From NCBI GenBank assembly GCA_035221665.1, contig CM069152.1, positions 14,198,001 to 14,262,000 of the forward strand: a stretch of 64,000 bases of DNA, in the 5' to 3' direction. Position numbers and translations under genes: made by a program. This DNA is from Okamejei kenojei. Its lineage: Eukaryota. Shown one piece after another: positions 37,234 through 50,594 of this stretch. Every line of letters begins with the position of its first letter. The first letter of the stretch is position 1. The notes beneath the pieces were generated by a model. The model ran no database searches and was not told the origin of the DNA. It saw only the letters and a list, made by a program, of their open reading frames with translations.

Positions 37234-37654
37234 AGTAGATTGTTGAAGAAATAGGTTGAAGAAATAATGTTTACCAGTATTTTTTTAATTTTATAATCGA
37301 TAAAACATAGTCACAATAGATAAACATTCTCATGCTTTCACCATGACTGCTTCCTCTCCTATTATTGATTTCATTCTTATATCCTCTAGCATCCCTGTGG
37401 AATCTGGCAATATTAATTTAAAGTACAATATGAAAAAAGCGAGGTCATGGTTGGAATAAAACCGTTCTACTAGTGCTGAGTATGACTGCACATAGGCAGA
37501 CTATAGGAATCACAAATGTTCATTAGCTGCCTACTTAATTGGCCATTCCACAACATGATCCAGAAATATGCAACACAAATATGCTCTGTCTGGTCAAATC
37601 CCAAAAGAAAAATAATAGTCCCAGTCCCAGTCCCTGGTAGTACTATGCTTCATT

Positions 37655-37940
37655 TAGTTTAGAGATACAGCGCAGAAACAGGCCCCTCGGCCCACCAAGT
37701 CTGCGTCGAACAGCGATCCCTGTTCACGAACACTAGGGACCATTTATTATTATTACCCAAGCCAATTAACCTACAAACCCGTGTCTTTTGGAATGCGAGA
37801 GGAAACCAGAGCACCCAGGGAAAATCCACACAGTCACAGGGAAAACATACAAACTCCGTACAGACAGCACCCGTAGTCAGTATCGAACAATGGTCTCTGG
37901 CGGTGTAAGGCAGCAACTTTACCGCTGTGTTACCGTGCCG
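37655..37940 (-). mobile_element. V-SINE/HE1-like SINE
   Basis: tttagtttagagatacagcgcagaaacaggccc...aaactccgtacagacagcacccgtagtcag. Confidence 0.88.
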
Positions 37941-40900
37941 CTCTGAGTCGTTCCATAGTCACAGAGTTAAGACTAACTCAGTGTATTGTTGCAATCACAG
38001 CAAGATGGTTGCATGTAACCAGATGGTTGGTAGGTAGGTAGCCAGCTTTGTTCATTTCATTAAAAAAATCTATTTGCCTCTCTTGCCTGAAGCACAATCA
38101 GCTTATCCAGTAGAAAACTGAACTACAACAGCACCTGGTGCTTGTCATATTTACTCATCAGGAGGTGGAACACATCTAGCATACGGGTAAGAGCTCTCCC
38201 TGTCAATCACATATATGAGAGGCTCTCAGAGTTGATGCATTTGATGGAAGTTTGGCTATATTCCACAACTGTGCAGCAGCAATCAGCCAAGGCTTTTTGT
38301 TTAATCAGCAGGCCAAAAATAAAGCAAATTTGCAAAACCTTGATGAATTAATCTCCAGAAAAATAAAGAAAACTACCATCATGGCCCTTGCTCTTACGGC
38401 CAACTATGGTTGGCTGCATCAAGCTGTGCACATACCATGAAAATGCAAACACCAAGTGTCATTACAAGTAGTATTTGTGCTCATCTTTACACAGGATGGA
38501 CCTGGCCATCAAGATTTTCGATTTAATTAGCCTGTTCCACGCCACCTGCCCCTAGTAGGATACTTTACCCAGAAGAATATATTTCATTACAAATCAATTA
38601 GTTAATGGTCTGAAAAAAGTGTTATCTGAACTCTACAGGAAAAAAAAAGACAGTGCATCTAGTTTGTTTCCAGAGTAGACTGTCAAAGTTTATTTTGCAG
38701 TATGCCTAATCAGCAAAGCTTTCAAACAAGCACAGCAAGCACCTTGCTGATTGTATTGCTAATTGGTGGGGAGAAAGGCCTTCCCCATCAGATCTTTCAT
38801 GGTTGGGAGTATTGGTACTGCACACAACCCTTGTGATGGCTGCACTGGAAGTGAGACAATTACCTGTGTCCTTTGAAGGAATGAACTGAAGGTGATGCAC
38901 CAATCTTTGTTGAGGTTCACTGTCAGAAACTGCACAACAGAGGATTCTGTGCTGCATATGCTGTTCCCAGAGACACACATGGAAATAAGTATCAGCCGCT
39001 TCTGGAAAACCTTTGCAGCAAAATACATATTACCAAAACTCACTCGTGTCACAGATCAAGGCTACAAGGTGACACGTTCAAAGGTCCAAGACAACATGCT
39101 AAGGGACTTGTTAAAGCTAGATACAGACACTGAAAATGATCTATGGACAAGGGCCAGAGTTTTAAATTAGTTGAAATCTGTATCAAAATCCCAAGAACAA
39201 TGATTTAGGGCTGTAAATGAATGATGAATTATAATATTTTATTGTTAAGTAACAGGAAAAATATGACGTTATGAAATGTTGCACATTTGGCACTACATCT
39301 AAATCTATGATGAATAAAATATATTTAGAAGTAAATAAAGCAGGAAGTTGTCAGGCTGTTTTCTGAAAGTTGTTAATTTAGTACCAACCCCTATGCCTTT
39401 TCCACACAGCTATTAAGTTTTCTTAATTCCCATTTGTTTCCACACTTGTTTTAAGTCCTATTATGAATTCTGCTTCAGCCCTATTTCTGGAAAAATAACC
39501 TGATGACCCGTTCTTTCTCTCCAGAGAATTTCTCTCTAGCATTGTGTGCTATCTTCGGTCACAGGTAAAATATTGGAGACAGGATTGTAGAGAGATCTGA
39601 TATCCAAGCATTACAGCACCAGAAGGAATTAATTAATTAACACACTATTTGTACTTTCATACCAAGGTATAACTGTTAATAAAAATCCACCTCTTTCCAA
39701 CACAAATCCTCAAACTATTTGCAGCTCTTAATAATAGTGGAGAAAGGGCAATACTTTTTGAAGTGCAATAACCAATAAATTCCCTAGTGCACGAAAATGG
39801 CTGGAATGTCCTGTCATTCACTGTGACATAAGGTAACTTCTTTCAAGAAACTAGGATCTGCCTTAGGAATTGTCCAGACATTTATAAAGCAGGAGGCCGG
39901 CTCAACAATCTGGCATCACAGCCAGATGCCTCAATAACATTGAGGAGAATGTGGCTGTGAATAAAATCTGAAAATATTGGAGCCATGCTGGTCAGACAGC
40001 ATCTGTGGAGGAGTACAAGGTCAACTTTTCATATAAACACTGACGACAGAACCAAATAGTGCATTTGTGTTATTCGGTTTAATATCAGAATGAGGGGAGA
40101 GACGAAAATATAAAAAGCACAACTGGTTAAATAATTTAGGCACGCAACCCTGAACGCAACAGAATTCACATACTTCCTAGAAAAATACATCCTGCAAATG
40201 TTTTGTGAAGCTCCCAGCAGGGATGGACGTGGGGACAGTGGAAATGTTTTGGAAAAGAGAAAAATGAATGGTGCGATGGGATAGGAAGTGGAATGAATGG
40301 ATCAACATAAGGATAATAAAGCCATGGAGAAAGAGGAGGTCACAGCACGAGTAAAGGACGAAACGACAGTTCGTAGTGGGTGTAAAGACATTATGGATAG
40401 CGGAAATTACTAGAGAAAGGTGGAATGTTTGTTGAAATTGTGAAATAAAAGTGGTGATTATTTTTCCAAGTCTGACTCCTAGTAAACTGCAAATTCCAAT
40501 GATTACAGAAATCCAACACCAACTTTCCGGCCTGCCAATACCTTCAAAGAGTCCGATTTAGTTAAGGTTTCAGATGCGGATTCTCTGAACTTGACTTCCA
40601 TCACTTAACTCTGAGTCAACACGTTCCGCAGCATTGTTGCAGCAGGTTACTGGTTATTTTGGATACATGATCAGTCCCTTGTGAATGTACAGTGAGGTTT
40701 TTAGTCTTGCATATTGGAAGTGAATTGGGATCAGATTGAATCCGGCAGGGGACCAGTTAATTGTTAGTTTTCACCAGGGTCTGAATCATTCCAAATTATT
40801 TTTGCCCCCTGGGCTTTTTCTGCAAAGCAGCAATACTTTATTGGCTCTATTCCAGAAATGATAATGAGACCGAGGATTTATCATGTCGAGCTGAACGGAC

Positions 40901-41367
40901 TGCACACACAGACTGGTTGATGCAGGCACCTGCAGTGTAACAGGCCATTTGCAAAGTTAGCTTGCCTTAGTTCATTGTAACATAACATAAATTTAAAAAG
41001 CCACAAGTTAGCAATACATGCTTGTGACATTTTGCAAGTTTTTTTAACACGTTAGCGCACAGTGGATCAGTATCTGGCCTTTAGTACAAGTTCTATATCT
41101 TGCAAAATTAAAACGAGACATTTGGTTTGAGAAATAAGTCTGACAAAATTAGGATTAATTTCTACAAGTCTCTGCCGAAATAAAAGTTGTCGATAAATTT
41201 CCAATTTAAGTCATCATAGGCAAGAGATGAATGAAAATCTTCTGCTTAATCCACTCCTTTCCCTATAAAAGAAATGTTCAGTTTATGATCACGTGTTCTA
41301 AGGTACAGTGAAAAGCAACAAAAGCTGCATGTGCCGTTGGTATAAAGAATATACTAACTTGAGGACG

Positions 41368-41500
41368 AATAGCGGAATCAGGGGATATGGGGAGAAGGCA
41401 AGAACGGGGTACTGATTGGGGATGATCAGCCATGATCACATTGAATGGCGGCAGTGGCTCGACAGGCCGAATGGCCTACTCCTGCACCTATTGTCTATTG
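41368..41500 (+). mobile_element. CR1 3' UTR fragment
   Basis: ggggatatggggagaaggcaagaacggggtactgattggggatgatcagccatgatc...ctattgtctattg. Confidence 0.85.
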
Positions 41501-43477
41501 AATGCATTGAATTGACAACACTACGAATGTATAGATGGGATGACACTACGATTGGCAAGAAAACCCTGTGCTGTTTTTGTAGTTCTTGTACATATTTTGT
41601 GAATAAAATGTGTTTTTGAAATGAAAAAATATTCGCCTCACGCTTATTACAACACATAAACTTAAGGCTTGAAATAGCCATAACCATTTGGATTTTTATA
41701 AAAGTTTAAAAAGTTATTTATTCTATAGAATATAAAACTATTATGTTACGTATTTAAAATGCTGTGAATGCTGTGTTGGTCTCCATTGTTTCAGTTCACA
41801 CCCTCAATTTCTTGAGAGAGAGAAAGCTCCTGTAATGTTCGCGATTTGCTTAGACTTTTGCAATCAGGTTAAAACTGAGAATTGGAAAAAGAAAGTGAAT
41901 CAATAATTAGGTTTCTTTTCAAAAAATTCTATTTGCAAATAGTCTTAATCGACATTGCCAGCTCTATCTTTTTCATACTGGAAGGAATATGATCTTTTCA
42001 CGGATGCTTAAGGGTGGACAAATTGCCTCACTGAGGAAGCAAATTTGGAGGAAAAGAAAGCAACCTTTTGGTATTCCTATGTAAGTAATGCAGTTTGAAT
42101 CCTTCAGGGAGGAAAATAGGTCTCAGACTGTTGGGAACATTAATTATGCAAGAATTGTTGATTGCAACATCAATTATTAAGAACAAGCCTTGGTTGCTCG
42201 AGTTAGCACAGGCACCCAGATAGCATTTTTCCTAAATGAAATTCCCAAGCAGTTGTATGACAACTATATTTTCAGATGGTTATATTCTTGCACTGCCAAA
42301 TTATGTGTTTGGTGCGATGTGAATGTTGGTTAGTTGGATGGGGATAGGTGACAAATCGGAACTTTAGCATTCACACTGTCTAATTTAACACTGTGCACAC
42401 ATGTGACAGCATTCATGTTGTCTAATTTAACACTGTACACACTGGTTTCATGGGAGTGCCTATTTAGAAGAATAGAAGAATCAGGAGAAACAGAACAAAT
42501 TGTAATAAACCACAATCTGCAGCTATAATGGAACCAATATGAATAATGCAGAATAACATTAGAACTATCCATTGATGGACTGATCCAGACTGTAAACTCT
42601 GATGTGGCTTTTATGGTAAGTGCACCGTATGTCAAAAAGTGGAACGTGGGAATGGTGGAAAGCATTTTCAGTGACTTTTACTCCACTTAGAACATCTCTA
42701 CCTTAAATACCACATCAGCAGATCAGTAAAACATATATCTGACTGCACCAAATATTTTTTTAACTGAATTTTTTGATGAAATGCAGGATCACATCTGAAT
42801 TTGTGCTCAAAAAGATGATGTTAGGAAGCCCATGACCAGAAAAAGCATGAACAGTTTGTTTCAGGAGCACACAAGAACAAATATGGAGGACATTTGCAGT
42901 GATAGGATGGAAAGCCTTACCAGAATTAGTTAGATGGAGACTTTCAAAGACACTAGACATGAAGATAAATTAAGGAACAAGGACAATACTTGAATGGGTA
43001 GTGGAATTCTAAACGTTGACTGAAATCCATGTTGGAACTCATGAAAGTGTTGAGCAGTAAAGAGTGAGGATTGTTAAAGTAACTGAAGATGCTGGTTCTA
43101 AGATGCAGGTTTGGGTAAAGAGGAATACATACACACTGTGGACTGAATTTGGGAAAGATTATTCAGAAAGTGACAATTTGTTTTTAAATTGCATCACTTG
43201 TTCAAATGAGATATTAAACCAAGCCCAGCACCTCCAGAACTAAGCACCCAAGGCAATAGCAAGTTTTAATTAACTATGTACTGTCCGATCATGTGGGGTA
43301 ATAGTCTGAGTGCTTAAAAATATTGAACTATATTACATAATTAGCCATTTAAATTTAATTTTAACCTCGGAGAAAGTCAGATTGAAAGCCTTAAAGGCAC
43401 CTGGTAATAGGGGAAGAGTGATGACGAATGAAAGTGCTTGTCGCCCTAACTGGAACTGGGTACCGAGGCTGGGGTCC

Positions 43478-43675
43478 GGAGCAAAAGGAGTACTGCTGGA
43501 TGAACTTAAGTGGATAAGGAAGCATCCCCAGAGAGAAATGGACAGATGACATTTTTGGTAAAGACCATTCCGGACTGGTCTTGATAAGGGCCTCGACCCG
43601 AGGCATTGACCTTCCATTTCCCTCCACAGATGCTGCTTGACCCACTGAGTTCCTCCAGCAACTCTCCTTTTTGTG
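43478..43675. mobile_element. Degenerate inverted pair of Penelope-type repeat
   Basis: gtactgctggatgaacttaagtgg...ccacagatgctgcttgacccactgagttcctccagcaac. Confidence 0.6.
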
Positions 43676-44129
43676 GAACTGGATGGTTGGAAGATCATCA
43701 CGGTCCATACAGCAAACAATAACTGGCGAAGAAATAAAAGGCATGTGCAGGCATAAGCAGGTCATTTTCAAAGTGACAGTTTTTAATTAGCAGACTGACA
43801 CACGATCTGTGCCAAGGTCCCAACCATTCACAATCTATTTAAATTAAAGGAACAACTGGATATTATCCAAGTTTATTACTGACACAAAGCTCAGATGATA
43901 TCCAAATTTACTGTTGACTCAAAGCCAGCTAGGTCAAGCAAGTTAGGAATAAAGGAACAGGAGATGAAAATTCAGTTCAAAAAGTGGTATTCAAAAAGAT
44001 CACGACTAATCAGCTACCTCACTCCAAAAACCTGCCTTTTCCTTGTATCGTTTACTAGGTTTAATTAACAAAAACATTTAACTGAATTTAAAAATCTCAA
44101 ATGCTCAAACATCAATTGACAGTTGTTGT

Positions 44130-44556
44130 GAGAACACCTATGAGAGAGAAGCGAGTGTTACCAAACTTCTGAATTCACTGGGGTGGAACCCTCTCCAAGA
44201 CAGACGTCAAGCTCCCCGTTTGACCTGTTTTTACAAAATGTTAAATGGTCAGCTCGACATAGATTACAAGACCTACACCAAACCCAAACCAATTAGGAGC
44301 AGACAAGGGCATTCGATCCAATTTGAGATTCCAGCTACCAAGACAGATGTGTACAGCAATTCATTCTTCCCCCGCACAATTAAAGCATGGAATAATCTTC
44401 ACCCTACTATAGTTACCCAACCAGATGCAACTAAATTTAAGGTAGCTCTTTCTTCCCAAAAACCCTTTCTTGCTTAAGTCCTCCCTCCACCACCTCCAGT
44501 TTAAATTCCAATTTGGAATATTTTGGAGGACCAAGAAACCAAGAAAGAAGAAGAAC
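44130..44556 (+). mobile_element. 3' fragment of a divergent CR1-superfamily LINE
   Basis: Open frame ENTYEREASVTKLLNSLGWNPLQDRR...RLTCFYKMLNG...YSNSFFPRTIKAWNNL to stop at 44477; short 3' UTR and aagaa-rich tail. Confidence 0.8.
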
Positions 44557-44829
44557 CACAAATGTTGCTAGAAGGGATGTAAAATAAATAAACAGGATAC
44601 TTTTAAAGACACCTGCAATAGTGCATATCTCTTCAGCAGCAATTACAATTGAAATTATGTAATGAAGTCTCTGGAATGATACTCGAACTGGCAACTGCAT
44701 TACTTAAGAAATTCTATGTTCAAATAATTCTCAAAAAAGAACCACCAACATATCCAACGGTCAACTCCTCCCAGCACATTTTATTCCAAGTATTTAGCTA
44801 TCACTTGTCTCTACTAATGTCAACATGGA

Positions 44830-45330
44830 ATCCTACAGCACAAAAACTGGCCCTTTATGATCCAACTCGTTCAGACCAATCAAGATGCCCAATGCAAAAC
44901 TAGTCCCATTTGTCCATACCTGACCCTATATCACTAGATCTTTCCTATCCGTGCACCTATCCAAATATCCTTTATTTGTTGGTACACAAAAAGCTGGAGA
45001 AACTCAGCGGGTGCAGCAGCATCTAAGGAGCGAAGGAGATAGGCGACGTTTCGGGTCGAGACCCTTCTTCAGACCCTTTATTTGTTACTGTACCTGCCTC
45101 AACAACATCCTCTGGCAGCCTGTTCCATATGGCCTCCACCCTGTGAGGAAAAAGTTGACCCTAAGGTTCATTTTACATCTTCCCCCTCTCACCTTAAACC
45201 TATGCCCTCTAGTTTTTTTGATTCCTTTACTCTGGGAAGATGACTCTGTACATTCACCCGATCTATTCCCCTCATGATACTTATACACCTCTATAAGATC
45301 ACTACTCAGTCTCTTGCACTCTAAGGAAAA
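44830..45330 (-). mobile_element. Old CR1 3' fragment split by a Penelope-type insert
   Basis: Minus ORF KTRGHRFKVRGGR...NFF. Confidence 0.8.
44981..45074 (-). mobile_element. 94-bp Penelope-derived insert with intact minimal hammerhead core and 12-bp TSD
   Basis: TSD cctttatttgtt at 44969-44980 and 45075-45086; core CTGAAGAAGGGTCTCGACCCGAAACGTC at 45045-45072 (minus). Confidence 0.85.
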
Positions 45331-45929
45331 AAATAATATGCCAATACATCAAATAACTTTGCAATTTATCTCACTGTAGAACTTTGACTGCAGCATTTTA
45401 TGCACTGGTGATTACACGTCAGTTAAACTCGTATAGGGTGTAATATTAAAAGTCTCTTTTGAGAGGACACAAATGGATTGTTAAATCCTTAATGATTTTG
45501 CTGATTTCCCTCCTCCAGTGACAAAATGCAACAAAATTGTAACAATTTCCTTTGCATCTACATTCAGTATTCTCTTGCGACTCAGAGAAACTGGTGGATC
45601 TGTTAACCCAAAGCTACTCCAGCGATCAGAATAATTCATTATCAAGGATAAAGACAATTATCTCACTTCCATTGTGATTTGCACAGTACCTTCAGGGAAA
45701 CAAAGAATCGCTCATTACAATTATACCCCCTCTCCAAACACAAGCTTGACTTTTGTTCTGAAGTCTCAGAAACTTCATGATCCACAAACACTTGAAAGCT
45801 GCATCACTTCATCTCAATGCAAACTTACCACATTTGAAACTCTTTAATACCATTGCAACAGGTGACAGCTTTAATCAAACTAAAAATGTTCAAGTAATAA
45901 AAGATTGAGCAAACAAATTAAGTATTAAC

Positions 45930-47090
45930 TCAAGTGTCAAATGTGTTTCATTGTCATGCACACTGGCAACAAAATGATGAAATTCTCACTTGCTGTACTT
46001 TTGCAGTGCACTAATGAAATAACACAAACACTAAACAATAATCAAAAAGGCAATACATTGCTTGGGTAAGAAGCGTACAATAGCACAAATATTGAAGTCT
46101 GCATTGCAACCAAATCATAGCTCAGAGATAGATTCATAGTTGGTGAGGTAGGGTTGTGGTTGGCGCTGTGCACTGTGCAAGATGAAAGTCAGGCCAGTTT
46201 TGATGATACCATTTCTTTTTTAAGGCAGCATGTCCCGTATATCTATTTGTTGGGGGGGGGGGGGAAGACAGTACCAGTGGTGCACTGGACAATATCATTC
46301 GCTTTATGTAACCTCTTTCGTTTCTGAGGGTACCGAACCGGGCCATGATGCAACCAGTCAATACACTTCCTATCACACACCTGTAGAAGTTCAATAGAGT
46401 ATTTGGCAACATGCCAAATCTCTGTAGTCGTCTAAGGACTAGAGGCGTTGATGAGCTTACGTTGTGCTTACATCAATGTGTTGGTCCAGGACAGATCGTT
46501 AGATATATGCACTGGGGAATTTGAAGCTATTGGCCCTCTCCTCAGTCATGCCATCGATGAAGGCAGGTTCATGGATGCCTGGCTTTCAACTCCTTAAGTC
46601 AACAAATAACTCCTTGGTCTTGCTAACATTTGAGAGCAAGGTGGTTGTTCTGGCACCATTCAATCAGGCTAACAATCGCAATCTTGCATGCTGACACATC
46701 GCTACCCATTATTCATGCAACAATTATGGTATCATCTGCACATTTAAAGATGGCATTGGAGCTGTGTCTGGCTACACAGTCATTTGTATAGAGAGAGTAG
46801 AGCAGGGGACTGAGTACATTGCCTTGACGTGCTCATGTGTTGATTTCCAAGGAGGAAATGAGGCCAGTTTGTATTGATTTTGGCCTGTGAATGAGGAAGT
46901 CCAATTATACATGGATCAGCAGAGACCCAGGTCTCCGCGTTTGAAGATAGGTTTAGAGGGGATAGTGGTGCTGATTGTGGAGCTGTAGTCAATGATCAAC
47001 AGCCTAATGTATGTGTTCTTAATGTCAATGTGGTCCAATGCAGAGTGGAGAGCCAGCAAGATTGCATTCCCCGTTGATCTATCCATAGGC
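45930..47090 (-). mobile_element. Rex1/Babar-like LINE fragment
   Basis: Minus ORF MLPNTLLNFYRCVIGSVLTGCIMARFG plus degenerate RT DNA (tgcagatgatacc, FADDT-like). Confidence 0.8.
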
Positions 47091-47119
47091 TGATTAAAAA
47101 GATAGCCTGTTCCATCAAT

Positions 47120-47292
47120 ACTCTGGATGCTTTCAAGAAAGAGCTATATAGGGCTCTTAAAAATAGCGGAGTCAGGGGATATGGGGAGAAGGCAGGAACG
47201 GGGTACTGTTTGGGGATGATCAGCCATGATCACATTGAATGGCGGTGCTGGCGCGAAGGGCCGAATGGCCTACTCCTGCACCTATTGTCTAT
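47120..47292 (+). mobile_element. CR1 3' end
   Basis: Near-identical to 29300-29465. Confidence 0.88.
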
Positions 47293-49098
47293 TACAGAGA
47301 AAGCAATAAGAGGACATGTAAACTTTACAGCCCTTAAGATTGTTCCACCAGACAGTAAAATCATGGTGGATCTACCACCTCAAAAATGTCCCACTTAATA
47401 CACAAGTTCCTTCACTTCCTTCATACCTCCAAATCTTCCTTATCTTTTTACTTATCTTTACAATTAATTATCTTTACATTTAATGAAGACATGAAACAAC
47501 ACATAAACAGAAACATGAGGAAAAACCAACACTAACACTAAATAATCAACACTAATATGGACGGTAAAACATTAAAAAATAATTGAGCACTATACTGATA
47601 GAGGGGGAGTGATATGTAATATGTAATCTGTTCAACAACGTTAAAAGTTTCCACAAAAGATCTTTTGCTTTAGACAGTAAAGAATGTTTGAATAATTGTG
47701 TCCAAGATCATTCTGGGATGCAACCTGCTGAGCTACTCCTACATTTTTTTTTGCAAACCAGTATCTGCATTTCCTTGTGTCTCGATGAAAACTCGAGCAT
47801 TCCCACACACAAGAAATAAGAATAGCCCATACAGCTGTGTCATTCAATAAATAAGATGATCCTAATAATTCCACCCTCCCATCCTAGATCAGTCAATTTT
47901 TCATAGTCCAAAAACAATGGATCTTACCCCTCAAATCCACTTTGTGATTAAGCATTTACAGATTTTCAGTAGAATATTCCAAAGAGCATCAAAGATTTAT
48001 CCTTGTTAAAGGGAAAATAGACTATAACTCATTTTGCGAATGACAGTGCATCCGACCTTCAAGAAAGGAAATAAACTTTCTAGACCTACTCTGCCAATCC
48101 CTTTCAAAATCCTATGATTCAATGAGAATGCCTCAATTTCTGCTAAACTCCAGGGAGTAGAAGTTTCTTCTATTCTTTTTCCTCTCATGGGAGCACTCCC
48201 ATCCAGGAATGCTTCTTGTGAGTCTGCTTATAGTACATCCTTTGTATGCAGCACACCAGGTGTGACCGCGTCCACGTGAAATTACTGCAAGACTTCCTTT
48301 TAGTTATGTTCCCAAACCATTCTTCATATAATTTGATCCCTTAATTGCTGCATGTTAACTCCCTAACTTTTGGCTACATAAAGAGATCAAAATTTCTGAA
48401 TAACAACATTGAACAATTTGCTGATTGATGTAGCAATGCTTCATATGTTCTGTATATGCATTTTTGCAGCATTCACAAGAACGCTATATATTTTTAAACT
48501 GCTGAAAACGAGCGGTTACCATAGCATGACCATTTCCTACACGAGCTAGCATACAATTTTACTGCTCGGCTAGGCGGTTTTCTGATAAAGGTAACCATAA
48601 AGACCTGAGCAAAAGGCTGCTTTGCTACACAAACATGTCCACCTACCATTGGTACCAACTATTCCTTCCCCCATACTTTATTCACTCATGAACATTGCAA
48701 ATTGACAGCAGAAACACGCAATCTTGTGGTCTTTATATGCACTTATATGCTTCACTTGAAGGAGCATGACTCAATCTATCTGAATGGACTGAAGCAATGT
48801 TCAACAATAATTCACTCAATCTACAAAATGAAAATCTGCAGCTCTGCTACCCTGAAAAGGACTACTTTGTTGTTAATAATGAATTGGGACAATAAAAATG
48901 GATTGCATTTAGTGTTAGTAAGTCATGCTATCACTGGCACCAGTTTTTTCATCCCCCGTGCCCCCATTCTTTACTCTTTGCAGGATAACACACTTCAACG
49001 CACTCCCCAGTGCACTGAATGAAAGGGAAAGCAGATGAAATTTGAAAAATCCCTTCCCCAAACTGAAGTCTGTACAATCTCAACATATGCAAAAGTAA

Positions 49099-49315
49099 GA
49101 AACAACAGCAGATGCTGGTTTAAACCAAAGATAAACAAAATGCTGGAGTAACTCAGCAGGACAGGCAGCATCTCTAGAGAGAAGGAATGGGCGACATTTC
49201 AGGTCGAGATCCTTCTTCAGTCTGAAGAAGGGTCTCGGCCAGAAACGTCACCCATTCCTTCTCTCCAGATATGTTGCCTGTCCCGCTGAGTTACTCCAGA
49301 ATTTTGTGTCTACCT
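49099..49315. mobile_element. Palindromic Penelope-derived element with back-to-back hammerhead-like cores
   Basis: ~90-bp inverted arms centred on cttcttcag-t-ctgaagaag (49221); cores at 49193-49220 (minus) and 49222-49249 (plus); imperfect TSD tatgcaaaagtaa / tatgagaaagtaa. Confidence 0.85.
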
Positions 49316-50465
49316 TATGAGAAAGTAAACTGTTTCAGATTATCTCAAGACTCAAATGCCAAAATCAGACCGTCTACATTCTGTTGGTTATGAAGCTCTC
49401 CGTCTGTCACGGTCTTTTCTATCTGCCATCTGTTTTTCCTGATTATTCAGATCTTGTAGTTATGTTGATCTCGCTGGAACTAGTGAAATTAAAGAATATT
49501 TTTCTTTGGAACGTTATCGTATTTAACAATATATCAATACAAAATCACATAAATAATAGTAATAATCGGAAACATAAACAGGTCTAATACCAGCATTGTT
49601 GTTCCTCAAATGCACTGCCACAAACATCATGAGCATCATTTGCCCTCCTGTTTGATTTCCCAAATTGCTGGCAGTAATTAATCTCTTCAACAGGCACCCT
49701 ACTTTAGAGGCAGAGCAAGCACCCAGGAGAAGATACCTTTCACTAAGCAACAGCTGGGTGCAGCTCAAAACAAACTCTCCAGCGTGCAAAACAGATCGTC
49801 CAACACCTGGCGGGCTGATTTAACCTTTGCACAAACAGATGGAAGTCTCATACGGGTCTCCTGATTATATCTAATCAAAATCAAAACTGGGTAATGGTTG
49901 AAAATTGTCTATAATTGCAGTTCTGTTTACGTGGACATCCAATAGTGTTTCAGTGAGGTCTAATGAAGGAACACAGCTGAAGCTGTGCATTACCAAGATA
50001 ATTTCAGATCAACATGACGCACAGATGGTTTGCTTCCTGCACACATAGGGGGCTCACAACTGGATAACTGAATTCACCTCAAATCCAAAACTCAATTGCA
50101 GCAAGCCCATCTGCAAGCTTTCCTCCAAGGACATGTACATAGAACAGAACATAAATAGTCCCTGCTGCTCACAATGTCTGTGCCAGCCATGGCGGTTCCT
50201 TAATCTCCACTGCCTCTACTACATCCATACCCCTTCATTCTCTGCATATTTATAAGCCTATGTAAAAGCCTCTTGAATGCCACTATTGTACCTGCCTCCT
50301 CTTAATAACCGAGCCACCATCTTAATCTTTTGGATCAGCCTACCATGAGTCAAGAATGTGAAATGGAACAATGAAATTCTTACTTGCAACAATATGACAG
50401 GTCTGTAAACAGAGTACTCAGTACTTGTTGCCTGACTCAAGTAAATTATGGAAACAAATGTTGAT

Positions 50466-50594
50466 CAGTCTGAAGAAGGGTCTCAACCCGAAACGTCACC
50501 CATTCCTTCTCTCCAGCGATGTCCCACTGAGTTACTCCAGCATTGTGTGTCTACCTTTGATTTAAACCAGCATCTGCAGTTCTTTCCTACACAC
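50466..50594 (+). mobile_element. Penelope-derived repeat with intact minimal hammerhead core
   Basis: CTGAAGAAGGGTCTCAACCCGAAACGTC at 50470-50497. Confidence 0.8.
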
